Positions 28,644-41,095 of a stretch of DNA of 64,000 nucleotides are shown piece after piece. The first letter of the stretch is position 1, and every line of letters starts with the position of its first letter. The DNA comes from Candidatus Bathyarchaeia archaeon (GTDB taxonomy: Archaea; Thermoproteota; Bathyarchaeia; Bathyarchaeales; Bathycorpusculaceae), in assembly GCA_038883775.1 (NCBI GenBank), contig JAVZLM010000004.1, positions 32,001 to 96,000 of the forward strand, written 5' to 3'. The notes under the pieces are model-generated. The model was given only the letters and a program-made list of their open reading frames with translations, did no database searches and was not told the DNA's origin. The position numbers and the translations under genes are program-made.

Positions 28644-29447
28644 TTGAAAACTGAAACGGTTTGGATAGATTGCGGAGACTTGCGACTTTACGGCGAATTG
28701 TATATTCCAGACCATGTTCCAGCACCAGCCTTACTCATATGCCACGGCATGAACGCCCAAGGCTTTCACGCCATCAAAATTTATGAAAAATTAGCAAAAA
28801 AGGCATGCGAAAACGGTTTTGTAGTGTTGCTCTTTGATTTTAGAGGAGTTGGAAAAAGCCTTGGAAGTTTTGACTATGGCTTTGGCGAACAGAAAGACGC
28901 GAAATGCGCCATCAACTATTTAGCCTCGCGGGCAGAGGTTATTTCTGATAAAATTTTTGTTGTGGGACACAGTTTGGGCGGAGCGGTTTCACTTTATTCT
29001 GTCCAAAATGATAAGCGCATTAAAGGACTTATTTTGTGGTCCACACCAAACAACCATGACTACAATGTTAGAAAGTTCATTACTCACACAAGGGGAAAGA
29101 GCGGCTTACATTGGTTTATGCTTTTCTCTTGGATTGACAAGCTTTTTGACACTTCAAAATTGTTTAAACTGGAAGTTTTTGGAATAAAGTTACGCCCAAG
29201 ATATGTTAGGGAGAAACTCATGAAGTTAAACGAATGCGAAGCAGTAACAAAATTGAGTGCTGTTCCCTTGTTAGTTGTGATTGGTGATGCTGACGTTCTC
29301 GTGGGCGTTGAAGAAGCCCGCCAAGTGTTTGAGTTGGCAAAAGAACCAAAAACTTTCTTGATAGTTAATGGCGGCGACCACATTTATAGTGGGAAAGAAG
29401 AAGTAGTTATAACTGAAACTTTGAATTGGATAAAAAAGTGGAAATAG
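28644..29447 (+). CDS. Alpha/beta hydrolase (esterase/thioesterase-like)
   Basis: CHG, FDFRGVGKS, GHSLGG nucleophile elbow, GDAD and GGDH triad residues. Confidence 0.88.
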   Translation: MKTETVWIDCGDLRLYGELYIPDHVPAPALLICHGMNAQGFHAIKIYEKLAKKACENGFVVLLFDFRGVGKSLGSFDYGFGEQKDAKCAINYLASRAEVISDKIFVVGHSLGGAVSLYSVQNDKRIKGLILWSTPNNHDYNVRKFITHTRGKSGLHWFMLFSWIDKLFDTSKLFKLEVFGIKLRPRYVREKLMKLNECEAVTKLSAVPLLVVIGDADVLVGVEEARQVFELAKEPKTFLIVNGGDHIYSGKEEVVITETLNWIKKWK

Positions 29448-29457
29448 AAACGCATTT

Positions 29458-29895
29458 TCAGGGCGGAACAAATTCGTATGTGGCGTAGCCTTCAGGCGAA
29501 ATTTTCGCCACAAGCTTAACCCTCATACCAACGCTGATTTGCGATAATTTGAAACCCGTCAACCAAGCCAAAACACGCACACCTTCTTTTAGCTTGCCAA
29601 TCGCCACGGTATAAGGCTTATAATGCTGAAACGTTGTGGGTCGGATAACTACATGCGTGAAAGTTTCGATTTCTGCTTCGCTGCTTAATTCGATCCAGTC
29701 CATTTCAGATGATAAGCATTCTGGGCAGTCAGCTGATGGCGGAAAGTACATTTTTCCACATTTTTTGCATTTTGTTGCGTAAACCTTCCCTTCCTTTAAG
29801 CCTTCCCAAAACTTTAATGTCTTGCTTATTGGTATATCTTGAACAATTTTTATTTCCCTAGATTTTATTGTCGGCATTCCTGACATATCCATCAT
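29458..29895 (-). CDS. DUF35 Zn-ribbon/OB-fold thiolase partner
   Basis: FWEGLKEGK, CKKCG..FPP..CPEC; directly downstream of the thiolase. Confidence 0.92.
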   Translation of the reverse strand: MMDMSGMPTIKSREIKIVQDIPISKTLKFWEGLKEGKVYATKCKKCGKMYFPPSADCPECLSSEMDWIELSSEAEIETFTHVVIRPTTFQHYKPYTVAIGKLKEGVRVLAWLTGFKLSQISVGMRVKLVAKISPEGYATYEFVPP

Positions 29896-31064
29896 CTCCT
29901 TAATATGGTAACGTAGCAGTAATGCCCAGTTCCACCCACGTTATGCGCTAATCCCACATAATTTTTCAGTGGAACTTGCCTTCCGCGTTCCACAGCCTCT
30001 TCACGAAGCTGTTTTGTAAGCTCGTATATCATGGAGCAACCCGTCGCGCCGATCGGGTGTCCTTTAGCCTTTAAGCCTCCGTCCATGTTCACTGGAATTT
30101 TTCCGCCAATTTCCGTCTGCCCTTCACGAATGAGTTTGGCGCCTTCGCCTTTTCTGCAGAACCCCAAATCTTCATAAGCCATTATTTCAGCTATCGTAAA
30201 ACAGTCGTGAACTTCTGCGAAGTCAACCTGTTCTGGGCTGATTCCAGCCATTTTGTAAGCCATTTTGGCTGCGTGCACGCTGGCTTCTAAACTAACATAA
30301 TCAAGTCTTTTGCTAAGGTTTGCTGTTCCAGAGGAATAGCCAATTCCCGCAACCCAAACTGGCGTATCTACGCCTAACTCTTTGACTTTCTCCTCTGAAG
30401 CAAGAACCACTGCTGCGGAACCGTCTGTCATTGGGCAGCAGTCGAAGAGTTTCAATGGCGAAGCTATAACCATGGAAGATAAGACATCATCAACCGTTAT
30501 TCTATTCTGAAGATGGGCTATGGGGTTCATAGAACCATACTTATGGTTTTTAACAGCCACCAAAGCCAAATCCTCCTCCGTAGTTCCGAACTTTGCCATA
30601 TGCGCAGTGGCATGCAGAGCATAATAGGCTGGAAAGGTTAATCCAAAATTGTGAAATTCCCATAGGTAGTATCCAGCCCTGCCAATCCACTCCATAGCCG
30701 TTGGCGTATCAATTTCCCTCATCTTCTCAACACCCAAAGCCATAGCAATTTCCGCCTGCCCACTCGCAATTGTGGAGTACGCTGCTTGGAAGGCTGCGCT
30801 ACCACTTGCACATGCCGCTTCGCATCGAACTAATCCCGCCCTTGTTAGACCACAGTATTCAGCTGCCACAACGGCTGGAAGCAGCTCCTCATACCATGCT
30901 CCAGCCCCCGTGGTTCCTAACGCTACAAATTCTACATCTTTTGTGGTTATTCCAGCGTCCTCCAAGGCAGGCTTTACAGCTTCGAAGGCTAATTCCGCAA
31001 CGTTCACGTCGCTTCTATTTCCAAACTTGGAGTTGCCAACTCCTATAACAGCTACTTTCCTCAT
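29892..31064 (-). CDS. Archaeal thiolase (acetyl-CoA acetyltransferase)
   Basis: EAACASG, HDCFT, GHPIGATG, HNVGG. Confidence 0.94.
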   Translation of the reverse strand: MRKVAVIGVGNSKFGNRSDVNVAELAFEAVKPALEDAGITTKDVEFVALGTTGAGAWYEELLPAVVAAEYCGLTRAGLVRCEAACASGSAAFQAAYSTIASGQAEIAMALGVEKMREIDTPTAMEWIGRAGYYLWEFHNFGLTFPAYYALHATAHMAKFGTTEEDLALVAVKNHKYGSMNPIAHLQNRITVDDVLSSMVIASPLKLFDCCPMTDGSAAVVLASEEKVKELGVDTPVWVAGIGYSSGTANLSKRLDYVSLEASVHAAKMAYKMAGISPEQVDFAEVHDCFTIAEIMAYEDLGFCRKGEGAKLIREGQTEIGGKIPVNMDGGLKAKGHPIGATGCSMIYELTKQLREEAVERGRQVPLKNYVGLAHNVGGTGHYCYVTILRR

Positions 31065-31129
31065 CCCAATCCCTTTTTGATTTATTATTAATATAGTATA
31101 GAAAAGAGGGAAATATTAGAAAAGCGTGG

Positions 31130-31918
31130 TTATTTGCCTTTAAACTCGGCTTTTCTCCTCGACATAAAGGCTTCTACGCCCTCTTTCAAATCTTCTGTGG
31201 AAAATGTTAGTCCCATCAGCCCAGCCTCAAGTCTTAATCCAACTTCTAATGGCACCTGTGTTCCAAAGTTTAGGGCATGCTTTGCATATTTCATGGCTAT
31301 GGGCGGGCCTTCTGCAAGTTTTGTTGCCAAGGTGCGGGCTTCTTCTCGCAATTTTTCGTAATGCACAACTTTATGCACAAGTCCTATTTTTAAGGCTTCT
31401 TCCGCTTTCATTCTGCCGCCGAGCATAACCATCTCTTTCGCCTTCGCCAAGCCTACAATTCGCACAAGCCTCTGGGTTCCACCCCATCCTGGAATCAAAC
31501 CTAAGCCTATTTCTGGGCTTCCAAGCTCGGCGTGTTCGGCTGCTATCCTAAAGTCGCATGCTAAGGCTAGTTCTAAGCCTCCTCCTAGGGCGAAGCCATT
31601 TATTGCAGCTATTACTGGTTTTGACATTTCCTCTATTTTGCCGAAAACTTTCTGTCCAGCCCTCGAAAATTCCTCCGCCTTTGTTGGAGTAGCCTTTGGA
31701 AACATTGTCACGTCTGCCCCTGCACTGAAGGATCTGTCTCCTTCACCTGTTATTATTAAGCATCTTATGGAGGGATCTTTTTCAGCCGTGTCTAATGCGT
31801 CAGCAAGCTCTTCCATTAAGACGTCATTGAAGGCGTTTAACCTATGGGGCCTGTTTAGTATTATCCACAAGAGATTTTGTTCCCTTTCAATTTTTATTGT
31901 TTCGTAGGCTTTACTCAA
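31130..31918 (-). CDS. Enoyl-CoA hydratase
   Basis: LNRPHRLNA, FSAGAD, GFALGGGLELA, PEIGLGLIPGWGGTQRL; TTG start at 31918 behind GGTGA. Confidence 0.93.
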   Translation of the reverse strand: MSKAYETIKIEREQNLLWIILNRPHRLNAFNDVLMEELADALDTAEKDPSIRCLIITGEGDRSFSAGADVTMFPKATPTKAEEFSRAGQKVFGKIEEMSKPVIAAINGFALGGGLELALACDFRIAAEHAELGSPEIGLGLIPGWGGTQRLVRIVGLAKAKEMVMLGGRMKAEEALKIGLVHKVVHYEKLREEARTLATKLAEGPPIAMKYAKHALNFGTQVPLEVGLRLEAGLMGLTFSTEDLKEGVEAFMSRRKAEFKGK

Positions 31919-31940
31919 ATTTTCACCACACAATCACTTT

Positions 31941-31953
31941 TGTAACCGTTACA
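31941..31953. promoter_or_regulatory. Perfect palindrome TGTAACCGTTACA next to a TATA-like box
   Basis: 13-bp inverted repeat between an AT-rich box and the hydratase start. Confidence 0.4.
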
Positions 31954-31976
31954 TATATTATTTTTAATTCACTTTC

Positions 31977-33131
31977 CTAGTACTTTCTCAATAGATATTT
32001 GAGAACTGTTAGCTTCTGGATTTCGCTTGTTCCTTCGTAAATTTCGGTTATTTTCGCATCTCTATGATACCTTTCAACCCTATAGTCACCCAAGTAACCA
32101 TATCCCCCAAGAGTTTGAATAGCAAAATCTGTCACTTCCATGGCTACTCGGCTTGCGTACTGTTTTGCCATGGCTGTTGCCATCGGATCCATTTTTCCAA
32201 CGTCCACAAGCCAAGCAGCCCTATAAGTTAGCCATCTTGCGGCTTCAATTTTTGTCATGGCTTCTGCTAATCCGCAGCCTATTAGTTCGTGTTGGAGTAT
32301 GGGTTGTCCGAAGGCTTCTCTTTGTTTGGCGTATTTGAAGGCTATTTCCCATGCGCCTTGTGCCATGCCGACTGCTTGGGCTGCAACGCCCACTCTGGTT
32401 TTGTCAAAGAATTCCATGGAACAATAGAAGCCTCTGTTTAATTCGCCTACAATGTTCCAGTCCGTCACTTTAACATTATTGAAGACAACTTCACCAGTCA
32501 CTGAACATCTGATCCCCATCTTGTTATGAAGTTTTGTTGTTTCAAGTCCAGGTGTACCTTTGTCCACAACAAATAGGGTTTCGCCTCTGTAGGTGGGTCT
32601 AACTTTTGTGTCTGTCTGTGTTAAAACAACTATGAAGTCGGCAAGGGTGGCATTTGTTATGAAAGTTTTTGTGCCATTTATCCACCATTCATTTCCATAT
32701 TTTGTGACTGTTGTTTCCATGCGTGTTATGTCGCTTCCACTAACGTTGGGTTCTGTGAAGGCTGCTGCTGACATTGTTTCACCTTTGCATATGGGTGGAA
32801 GATACTTTTCCTTCTGCTCTTTTGATCCGTAAGCCAAAATGAGTTCGCTGCCAAAGTTTCCACTCGAAATAGCCACGCCAAGGGAAGAATCAGCCCTGCA
32901 CATTTCTTCAATGACCAAGCATGTTTCAAGCAAGCCGCATCCTTGACCGCCATACTCTTGCGGGAAAAACATGCTTGTGAAACCAAGCTTTGCAGCCTTC
33001 TTGTAAAGCTCAATAGGATATTCCTCTTTCTTATCCAGTTCCAAGGCTAGTTCTGGCTTGAACTCTTTTTCGCAAAACTCTTTAACAGCATTTTTTATTG
33101 CCAACTGCTCCTCTGTCAACTCAAACTTCAT
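31977..33131 (-). CDS. Acyl-CoA dehydrogenase
   Basis: FTEPNVSGSD, INGTKTFITN, KMGIR, RDAKITEIYEGTSEIQ; ATG 33131 in a TAATG overlap. Confidence 0.94.
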   Translation of the reverse strand: MKFELTEEQLAIKNAVKEFCEKEFKPELALELDKKEEYPIELYKKAAKLGFTSMFFPQEYGGQGCGLLETCLVIEEMCRADSSLGVAISSGNFGSELILAYGSKEQKEKYLPPICKGETMSAAAFTEPNVSGSDITRMETTVTKYGNEWWINGTKTFITNATLADFIVVLTQTDTKVRPTYRGETLFVVDKGTPGLETTKLHNKMGIRCSVTGEVVFNNVKVTDWNIVGELNRGFYCSMEFFDKTRVGVAAQAVGMAQGAWEIAFKYAKQREAFGQPILQHELIGCGLAEAMTKIEAARWLTYRAAWLVDVGKMDPMATAMAKQYASRVAMEVTDFAIQTLGGYGYLGDYRVERYHRDAKITEIYEGTSEIQKLTVLKYLLRKY

Positions 33132-34318
33132 TAATAGAACCCCCTTCCAGACTTTTTGCCAGTCCACCCCTTGCTAACATACTCTTCTAACAGTGGGCAT
33201 GGCTTGTAAAGCTCCAGATTATATTTCGCATACAATTCCTTAAGCCTATTAAGCATAGTATCCAAGCCCATTCTGTCAGCATACTCGCAAGGTCCAGAAG
33301 GCCAATAGGTTCCCAACTTCATTCCAGTGTCGATGTCTGCTGGGTTTGCAGCATCATCATGGATAAGCCAAGCGGCTTCGTTGGCAGCCACGGCCCATGA
33401 CCTTTCAACATCATATTCCTCGAGAAGATTAAAGGGTATTCTTGGTCTTCCCTTAGTCCAGTCGTAAAAGCCCATGCCTGTTTTTTGTCCAAGCTTGCCT
33501 CCTTTCACTAAAGGTTCTATCACTTCTGCGCATGGTTTCATTCTTTCGCCATAAGCTTCATACAAAATTTTGCCCACTTCGTAGGCTATGTCTAAACCAA
33601 CAAAATCCGCCAGTTCAAACCAACCCATTGGAAAGCCGCCGCTATATTTTACTGAAGCGTCTATTCCCTCCTTTGTGGCTTCTCCTCTGTGGAATGCCCA
33701 AAAGGCTTCGTTGAAAACTGCGCCCAATATCCTGTTCACTATAAAGCCTCTCACGTCTTTTCGCACCACTATGGGTGTTTTTCCAAGTTTTTTGGCAAGT
33801 TCCACAAGCATGTTTATGGTTTCTTGGCTTGTGCTTTCGCCCTTTATAACTTCAACCAAAGCCATTAGTTGGGGTGGGTTAAAGAAGTGCATTCCAGCCA
33901 CTTTTTCTGGACGTTTTGTGGCTTTTCCCATTTCCGTTATGCTTAACGTTGAAGTGTTTGATGCAAATATGGCATGAGGAGGCGCCAACTGGTCAAGGGT
34001 TGCGAAAACTTTCTTTTTTACCTCAATATTTTCTACAACTGCTTCTATGGCTAGGTCTATGTCTTTCGCTGCTTGCTCATAACTTGTTGTCGTAGTTATC
34101 CGAGCTAAAGCTGCTGCTGCATCCTCTGCCCTTATCCGCTTTTTTTCAACAAATTTATCTAAACTCCATTTAATCTTCTCTTTTCCCTTTTGCAGAAGTT
34201 CGTCGCTTATGTCTACCATTGAGACTTCCTGGCCAGCCATTGCCAAAAGCTGAGCTATTCCATGACCCATTGCTCCAGAACCTATAACTGCCGCTTTTTT
34301 CAAATTTCCAATCGCCAC
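33131..34318 (-). CDS. 3-hydroxyacyl-CoA dehydrogenase
   Basis: GSGAMGHGIA, ASNTS, GMHFFNP, GFIVNR, duplicated C-terminal domain ending GRGFY; GTG start 34318 behind GGAGG. Confidence 0.94.
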   Translation of the reverse strand: MAIGNLKKAAVIGSGAMGHGIAQLLAMAGQEVSMVDISDELLQKGKEKIKWSLDKFVEKKRIRAEDAAAALARITTTTSYEQAAKDIDLAIEAVVENIEVKKKVFATLDQLAPPHAIFASNTSTLSITEMGKATKRPEKVAGMHFFNPPQLMALVEVIKGESTSQETINMLVELAKKLGKTPIVVRKDVRGFIVNRILGAVFNEAFWAFHRGEATKEGIDASVKYSGGFPMGWFELADFVGLDIAYEVGKILYEAYGERMKPCAEVIEPLVKGGKLGQKTGMGFYDWTKGRPRIPFNLLEEYDVERSWAVAANEAAWLIHDDAANPADIDTGMKLGTYWPSGPCEYADRMGLDTMLNRLKELYAKYNLELYKPCPLLEEYVSKGWTGKKSGRGFY

Positions 34319-34419
34319 AAATTTTCCTCCTTCTAATGCATAATGCTGAAGGAGGGCAAAGGTAATAAGATTTTTGAAAATAGAAAGCCGATTTATCAAA
34401 GACAGAAAAGAAGAAAAGG

Positions 34420-35574
34420 CTAAGTTTGTTTTTGTAGGAAATTGATTATGGTAAGTTTTTGAATTTCGCTTGTTCCTTCGTAAATTTCAGTTATCTTCGC
34501 ACAGCGGTGAAAACGTTCCACGTGATAGTCTGCTAAATAGCCGTATCCTCCAAATATTTGAATAGCCTCATCTGTGACTTCCATTGCTACGCGGCTGGCG
34601 TAAGCCTTTGCCATAGAAGTTGCCATTGGATTTGGTTTTTCCTTATCGTAAAGCCATGCAGCCTTATACGTCATTAAGCGGGCTGCCTCTATTTTCATAG
34701 TCATCTCAGCAAGTTTGAAGGATACTCCCTGAAAGTTTATTAGTGGTTGGCCAAATTGTTTGCGAGTTTTGGCATAGTTTAGGGCTCTTTCGAAGGCTCC
34801 TTGAGCCATTCCAACCGCTTGGGCTGCGACGGTTATGCGGGTTCCATCGAAAAGCTCCAACGCATAATAGAAGCCTTTGTTTAATTCGCCAACCAAGTTT
34901 GTTTCTGGCACTTTTAAATCGCTTAGAGAAAGTGAGCCAGTAACGCATGGTTTTATGCCCATCTTTCCATGAAGTTTTGTGGCTTCTAATCCTGGCATGC
35001 CCTTTTCGGCTAGGAATAGGCTTTGTCCTCTGTGGGGTGGTGTTGCATTTGGGTCTGTTTGGCACAGTATTATGAAAGTGTCTGCTATGGGAGCGTTTGT
35101 AATGAATTGTTTATCGCCGTTAATAATCCATTCATTTCCATGTTTGACAGCTGTTGTATCCATGCGTGTTATGTCGCTTCCATGCTCCGGCTCCGTGAAG
35201 GCAGCAGCCGCAATTTTCTCTCCTTTCGCAAGTGGCGGAATGTATTTTTCTTTTTGCTCTTCGCTGCCATGTTTTAGAAGCACATCTGGCACCATAAGAT
35301 TTCCGAGGGATACTGCCACTCCTAAACCTGGGTCGACACGGCACATTTCTTCAACGACTATACAGTCCTCTAGGACGCCGTAGCCTTGTCCGCCATATTC
35401 TGTTGGTATTCTCATGCTTGTAAATCCAAGTTGAGCAGCCTTTTTGTAGAGTGCCATTGGAAACTCTTCTTTTTTGTCGTATTCTAAAGCGAGTTCTGGC
35501 GTGAATTCTTTTTCGCAGAATTCTCTGGCAGCACGCTTTATTTCTTGTTGTTCTTCGTTTAGTTTAAACTCCAT
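34420..35574 (-). CDS. Acyl-CoA dehydrogenase (paralog)
   Basis: FTEPEHGSD, FITN, RKQFG, EIYEGTSEIQ. Confidence 0.94.
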   Translation of the reverse strand: MEFKLNEEQQEIKRAAREFCEKEFTPELALEYDKKEEFPMALYKKAAQLGFTSMRIPTEYGGQGYGVLEDCIVVEEMCRVDPGLGVAVSLGNLMVPDVLLKHGSEEQKEKYIPPLAKGEKIAAAAFTEPEHGSDITRMDTTAVKHGNEWIINGDKQFITNAPIADTFIILCQTDPNATPPHRGQSLFLAEKGMPGLEATKLHGKMGIKPCVTGSLSLSDLKVPETNLVGELNKGFYYALELFDGTRITVAAQAVGMAQGAFERALNYAKTRKQFGQPLINFQGVSFKLAEMTMKIEAARLMTYKAAWLYDKEKPNPMATSMAKAYASRVAMEVTDEAIQIFGGYGYLADYHVERFHRCAKITEIYEGTSEIQKLTIINFLQKQT

Positions 35575-35604
35575 TTTCAGTTCTCTCCTTTTAAGGTTTA
35601 GAGT

Positions 35605-36594
35605 TTAGGCTTTCTGTCCCTTCAACTCATAAATCTTGTTTTTCAAAGACGGCACAATTTTGAACAAGTCTTCAACAACGCCATAGTCTGCGAAACTGAA
35701 TATTGGGGCATTTGGGTCTTTGTTTATGGCTATTATTAAGTCAGAGTTTTTCATTCCCAAAACATGTTGGAAGGCGCCGCTTATTCCCACAGCAATGTAA
35801 AGTTTCGGCTTTACGGTTTTTCCTGAACTTCCAACTTGGCGATCGTTGGGAAGCCAGCCCTTATCCACTATTGGACGTGAACATGCGAGGACGGCGCCTA
35901 TGATTTTGGCAAAATCCTCTATTAAAGGTATGTTGCTTTGGTCTTTTATTCCGCGTCCTATCCCAACAAGTTTTTCTGCGGCTGTTATGTCAACTCCGCC
36001 TGGTGGCGGCAGTATATACTGGATGAAGCGTTTTGTGGTTACCTCTTCTGTGAGGGGCGATGGCTTTTCTATTATTTCTCCGTTTGCTGGCGTGGCTGGT
36101 TTTTTGGCGGTAAAGGCTGCTTGGCGAACTGTTATCATGTAGCTTTCTGCTTTGCGCATGGATGCGTTTACGTTAACTTTTCCGCCATACATTTGCCTCG
36201 TAACATTCAGTGTGTCACCCTCCAATGTGAGGTCTATGCAGTCTGTAGAAAGTGGAATATTCAAGGCTGCGGCAAGTCTTGGAGCTAATTCAATGCCATA
36301 AGACGTGTGCCCAATCATTGTTAGGGTTGGCTTATATTCCCTAATGAGGTTTGCGAGCACTTTTTGATAAGCATCAGAATTAAAGTTCTCAAGTTTTGAG
36401 TCTTCAACAACCAAAACTTTTTTGGCATACTCACTCAATGCTTTCGCTTTTTCCTTAACTTCTTTACCGAGAATCACAGCGGTCAATTCCATGCTTGCTT
36501 TTTCTGCGGTTTCTCTGGCTTTTGTCAACATCTCATAAGTTATGTCACGGATTTGTCCTTGCCTATGCTCAGCTAAAACAAAAATTTCTGGCAT
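35605..36594 (-). CDS. etfA: Electron transfer flavoprotein alpha subunit
   Basis: GRG, SRP, QVGSSG, LYIAVGISGAFQH, INKDPNAPIF. Confidence 0.95.
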   Translation of the reverse strand: MPEIFVLAEHRQGQIRDITYEMLTKARETAEKASMELTAVILGKEVKEKAKALSEYAKKVLVVEDSKLENFNSDAYQKVLANLIREYKPTLTMIGHTSYGIELAPRLAAALNIPLSTDCIDLTLEGDTLNVTRQMYGGKVNVNASMRKAESYMITVRQAAFTAKKPATPANGEIIEKPSPLTEEVTTKRFIQYILPPPGGVDITAAEKLVGIGRGIKDQSNIPLIEDFAKIIGAVLACSRPIVDKGWLPNDRQVGSSGKTVKPKLYIAVGISGAFQHVLGMKNSDLIIAINKDPNAPIFSFADYGVVEDLFKIVPSLKNKIYELKGQKA

Positions 36595-37383
36595 TTATAT
36601 CAGCCCCCTTGCCTTTAAGATTTCAGCAATTTTCGCAGCAATCTCATCGGGAGTTCCTTTGAGAAATTCTGCTTGCTTTTCTGCTGGCGGCACGTAAAGC
36701 TTTTCTATTTTCAGCCAAGAACCGGCTTCGCCCACTTCTGCCTCGGACAAGCCTGTATCCGCCAAAGTCATAACTTTTATTTCTTTTTGCATAGCCTTTC
36801 GAATGCCCATTATGGAAACGTAACGTGGCTCATTAATGCCCGTTTGAACCGAAATTAGTGCTGGCAATCGTATTTCAAGCTGTTCTTCTAATCCTCCTTC
36901 AAGTTCACGGTTAACTTTGGCTGCTCCAGCCTCTAACTCAATTTTTTTAACCATCGTTGTATGGGGGATTCCAAGCATCTCAGCCAATATTGGACCTACC
37001 ATGGCGTAACCGTCATCGCCAGCCTGCATACCAGTCAAAATCAAATCATAATGAAGACTTTTAATGACGCTGTGCAAAATTTTCGCTATAGCATAGGCGT
37101 CTGAACCAGCAAATTTTGGGTCTGTTAAGCGTATGGCTTTATCTGCTCCTCGGGCTAAACACTTGCGCAGTGTGCTGTCCGAATCTTCAGCGCCTATGGT
37201 TATGGCTGTAACTGTTCCGCCAAATTTCTCTTTAATGCGCACAGCCTCTTCCAAAGCATAATCGTCCCACTCGTTAATGTCAAAGACCAAACCAGCCTTT
37301 TCTATGCCTTTGCCGCTAGCGTCAATTTTTAGTTCTGCCTCTGCAGTTTCCGGAACATGCTTAACACAAACAATAACATCCAA
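36595..37383 (-). CDS. etfB: Electron transfer flavoprotein beta subunit
   Basis: VCVKHVP, INEWDDYALEEA, GAD, INEPRY. Confidence 0.95.
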   Translation of the reverse strand: MDVIVCVKHVPETAEAELKIDASGKGIEKAGLVFDINEWDDYALEEAVRIKEKFGGTVTAITIGAEDSDSTLRKCLARGADKAIRLTDPKFAGSDAYAIAKILHSVIKSLHYDLILTGMQAGDDGYAMVGPILAEMLGIPHTTMVKKIELEAGAAKVNRELEGGLEEQLEIRLPALISVQTGINEPRYVSIMGIRKAMQKEIKVMTLADTGLSEAEVGEAGSWLKIEKLYVPPAEKQAEFLKGTPDEIAAKIAEILKARGLI

Positions 37384-37525
37384 TTCATTTTACTCTCCAT
37401 CAGACTTTGAGTTTTGATTACACTCGCATTTCATATAATTTTTGCTTACAAAACACTTTCTTGAACATCTCAAATAGCCATAAAACCTTAATAGCAAAAA
37501 TCTAGAGGGGGGAGGTGCTATTGGT

Positions 37526-39756
<2,231 letters not shown>

Positions 39757-39764
<8 letters not shown>

Positions 39765-40986
39765 TTTCTTTTGCCTCCACAGCTTCAATTTTTAATGGTG
39801 GCATAGCAGCTATTTTCTTGAAAAAATTTTCAAATTTCTGATTAAATTCTCCCACACATCTGGGCGAAACTGTAAAAAGTTCAAATCGCTCAAATAGTCC
39901 TGTCTTTTTTATGAAGTTTTTAAGCACATCCATATTTCTGTCGGCTGTTTCTCTTCCCTCTTGAAGTTTGCAGTCTTCTGCCGAACAAACAACAGCCATG
40001 ACGCCGTCAAAACCGCTGTGTAGGGCTTCAACAACGTGAACTGGGTCAAGAGCCTTAAAGCATGGAATTTCCATGACTACAGCCTTCTTCTTAAAAAGTA
40101 GGCATTCTGGGTCATCTAAACAGGAAAATTCTGACCATTGACAGCAGAAAACAAGTATGGATGGAAAGCCGGCTTCAGTTTTCATTTTTTTGGCTGCTTC
40201 TCCGTAAAGCCTCACTAATTTGCTAATGTTTTCGAATTCGAAACCCTTAACTTGGATTGCCAAATGGGGACAAACAAGTGCGCATGCTCCACAACCCATG
40301 CACCTTTCCTGAATTATTCGTGGCGTTGCAAACTCTTCAGCTTCTATTGCGCCGTAGGGGCATATGAAAACGCATTTATCGCAACCAACACATTTTTCTG
40401 TGTCATAAACAGCCTTATGCGAATACTTGATAACCTTCAAAGCCTCTTTGCTATAGCCTAACTGCTCCAAAACAACCTTTCCAAGTATAAGCCTCCTAGT
40501 GTTAATTTTTGTTCCCCTTTTGAAGCGGCAAAACTCATCTTCACATTGAATGGAAACAATGTTCTTTATGCCAGAATTTAACGCTTTAAAAATAAATTCT
40601 GTGGGCACTCTTCCAGAACAAGGTATACGCAATGGAATATAGTTCCTTATGTTTAAACCTTGACTTTCAAGAATATCCTCAATTTCGCATGTAGCAGGAG
40701 AGTTTCCCCTACACATGAGAACAAGCGTATCACCCTTTTCCTTTTCCCTCATACAATTAACATAGTTCAGCAAGCTTTCATAATTGTAATAGACAATTTC
40801 TATCGCTAGGGAGGGACATGCGCTATAGCATATTCCGCAAACTTGGCATTTTTGAAGGTCTATTTCCACTTTTCCCGTTTCAGCATCACGTTTTATAGCC
40901 TCGTAGGGGCATATGGAATGGCATATTGAACATCTGCTGCAATAGTCTGGGTTAATTGTTACTGCGGCGGCGCAAGGTTCACTCAT
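39757..40986 (-). CDS. Polyferredoxin/MvhD tandem fusion (Fd-MvhD-Fd-MvhD)
   Basis: Four CxxCxxCxxxCP motifs in two pairs; MvhD-like IPCSGRV..QCEDEFC and FCCQWS..IPCFKALD..GFDGV..VCSAEDC segments. Confidence 0.85.
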
Positions 40987-41095
40987 CTAAATCTCTCCAA
41001 ACGCTTTGCGTTAAACGGTTTTGCTTTAAATTTGCGTTAAGGTTTAGAATTCATGAAAAGAGCGTTCCAAAAATATAATGATTTTGGAGTGATTC

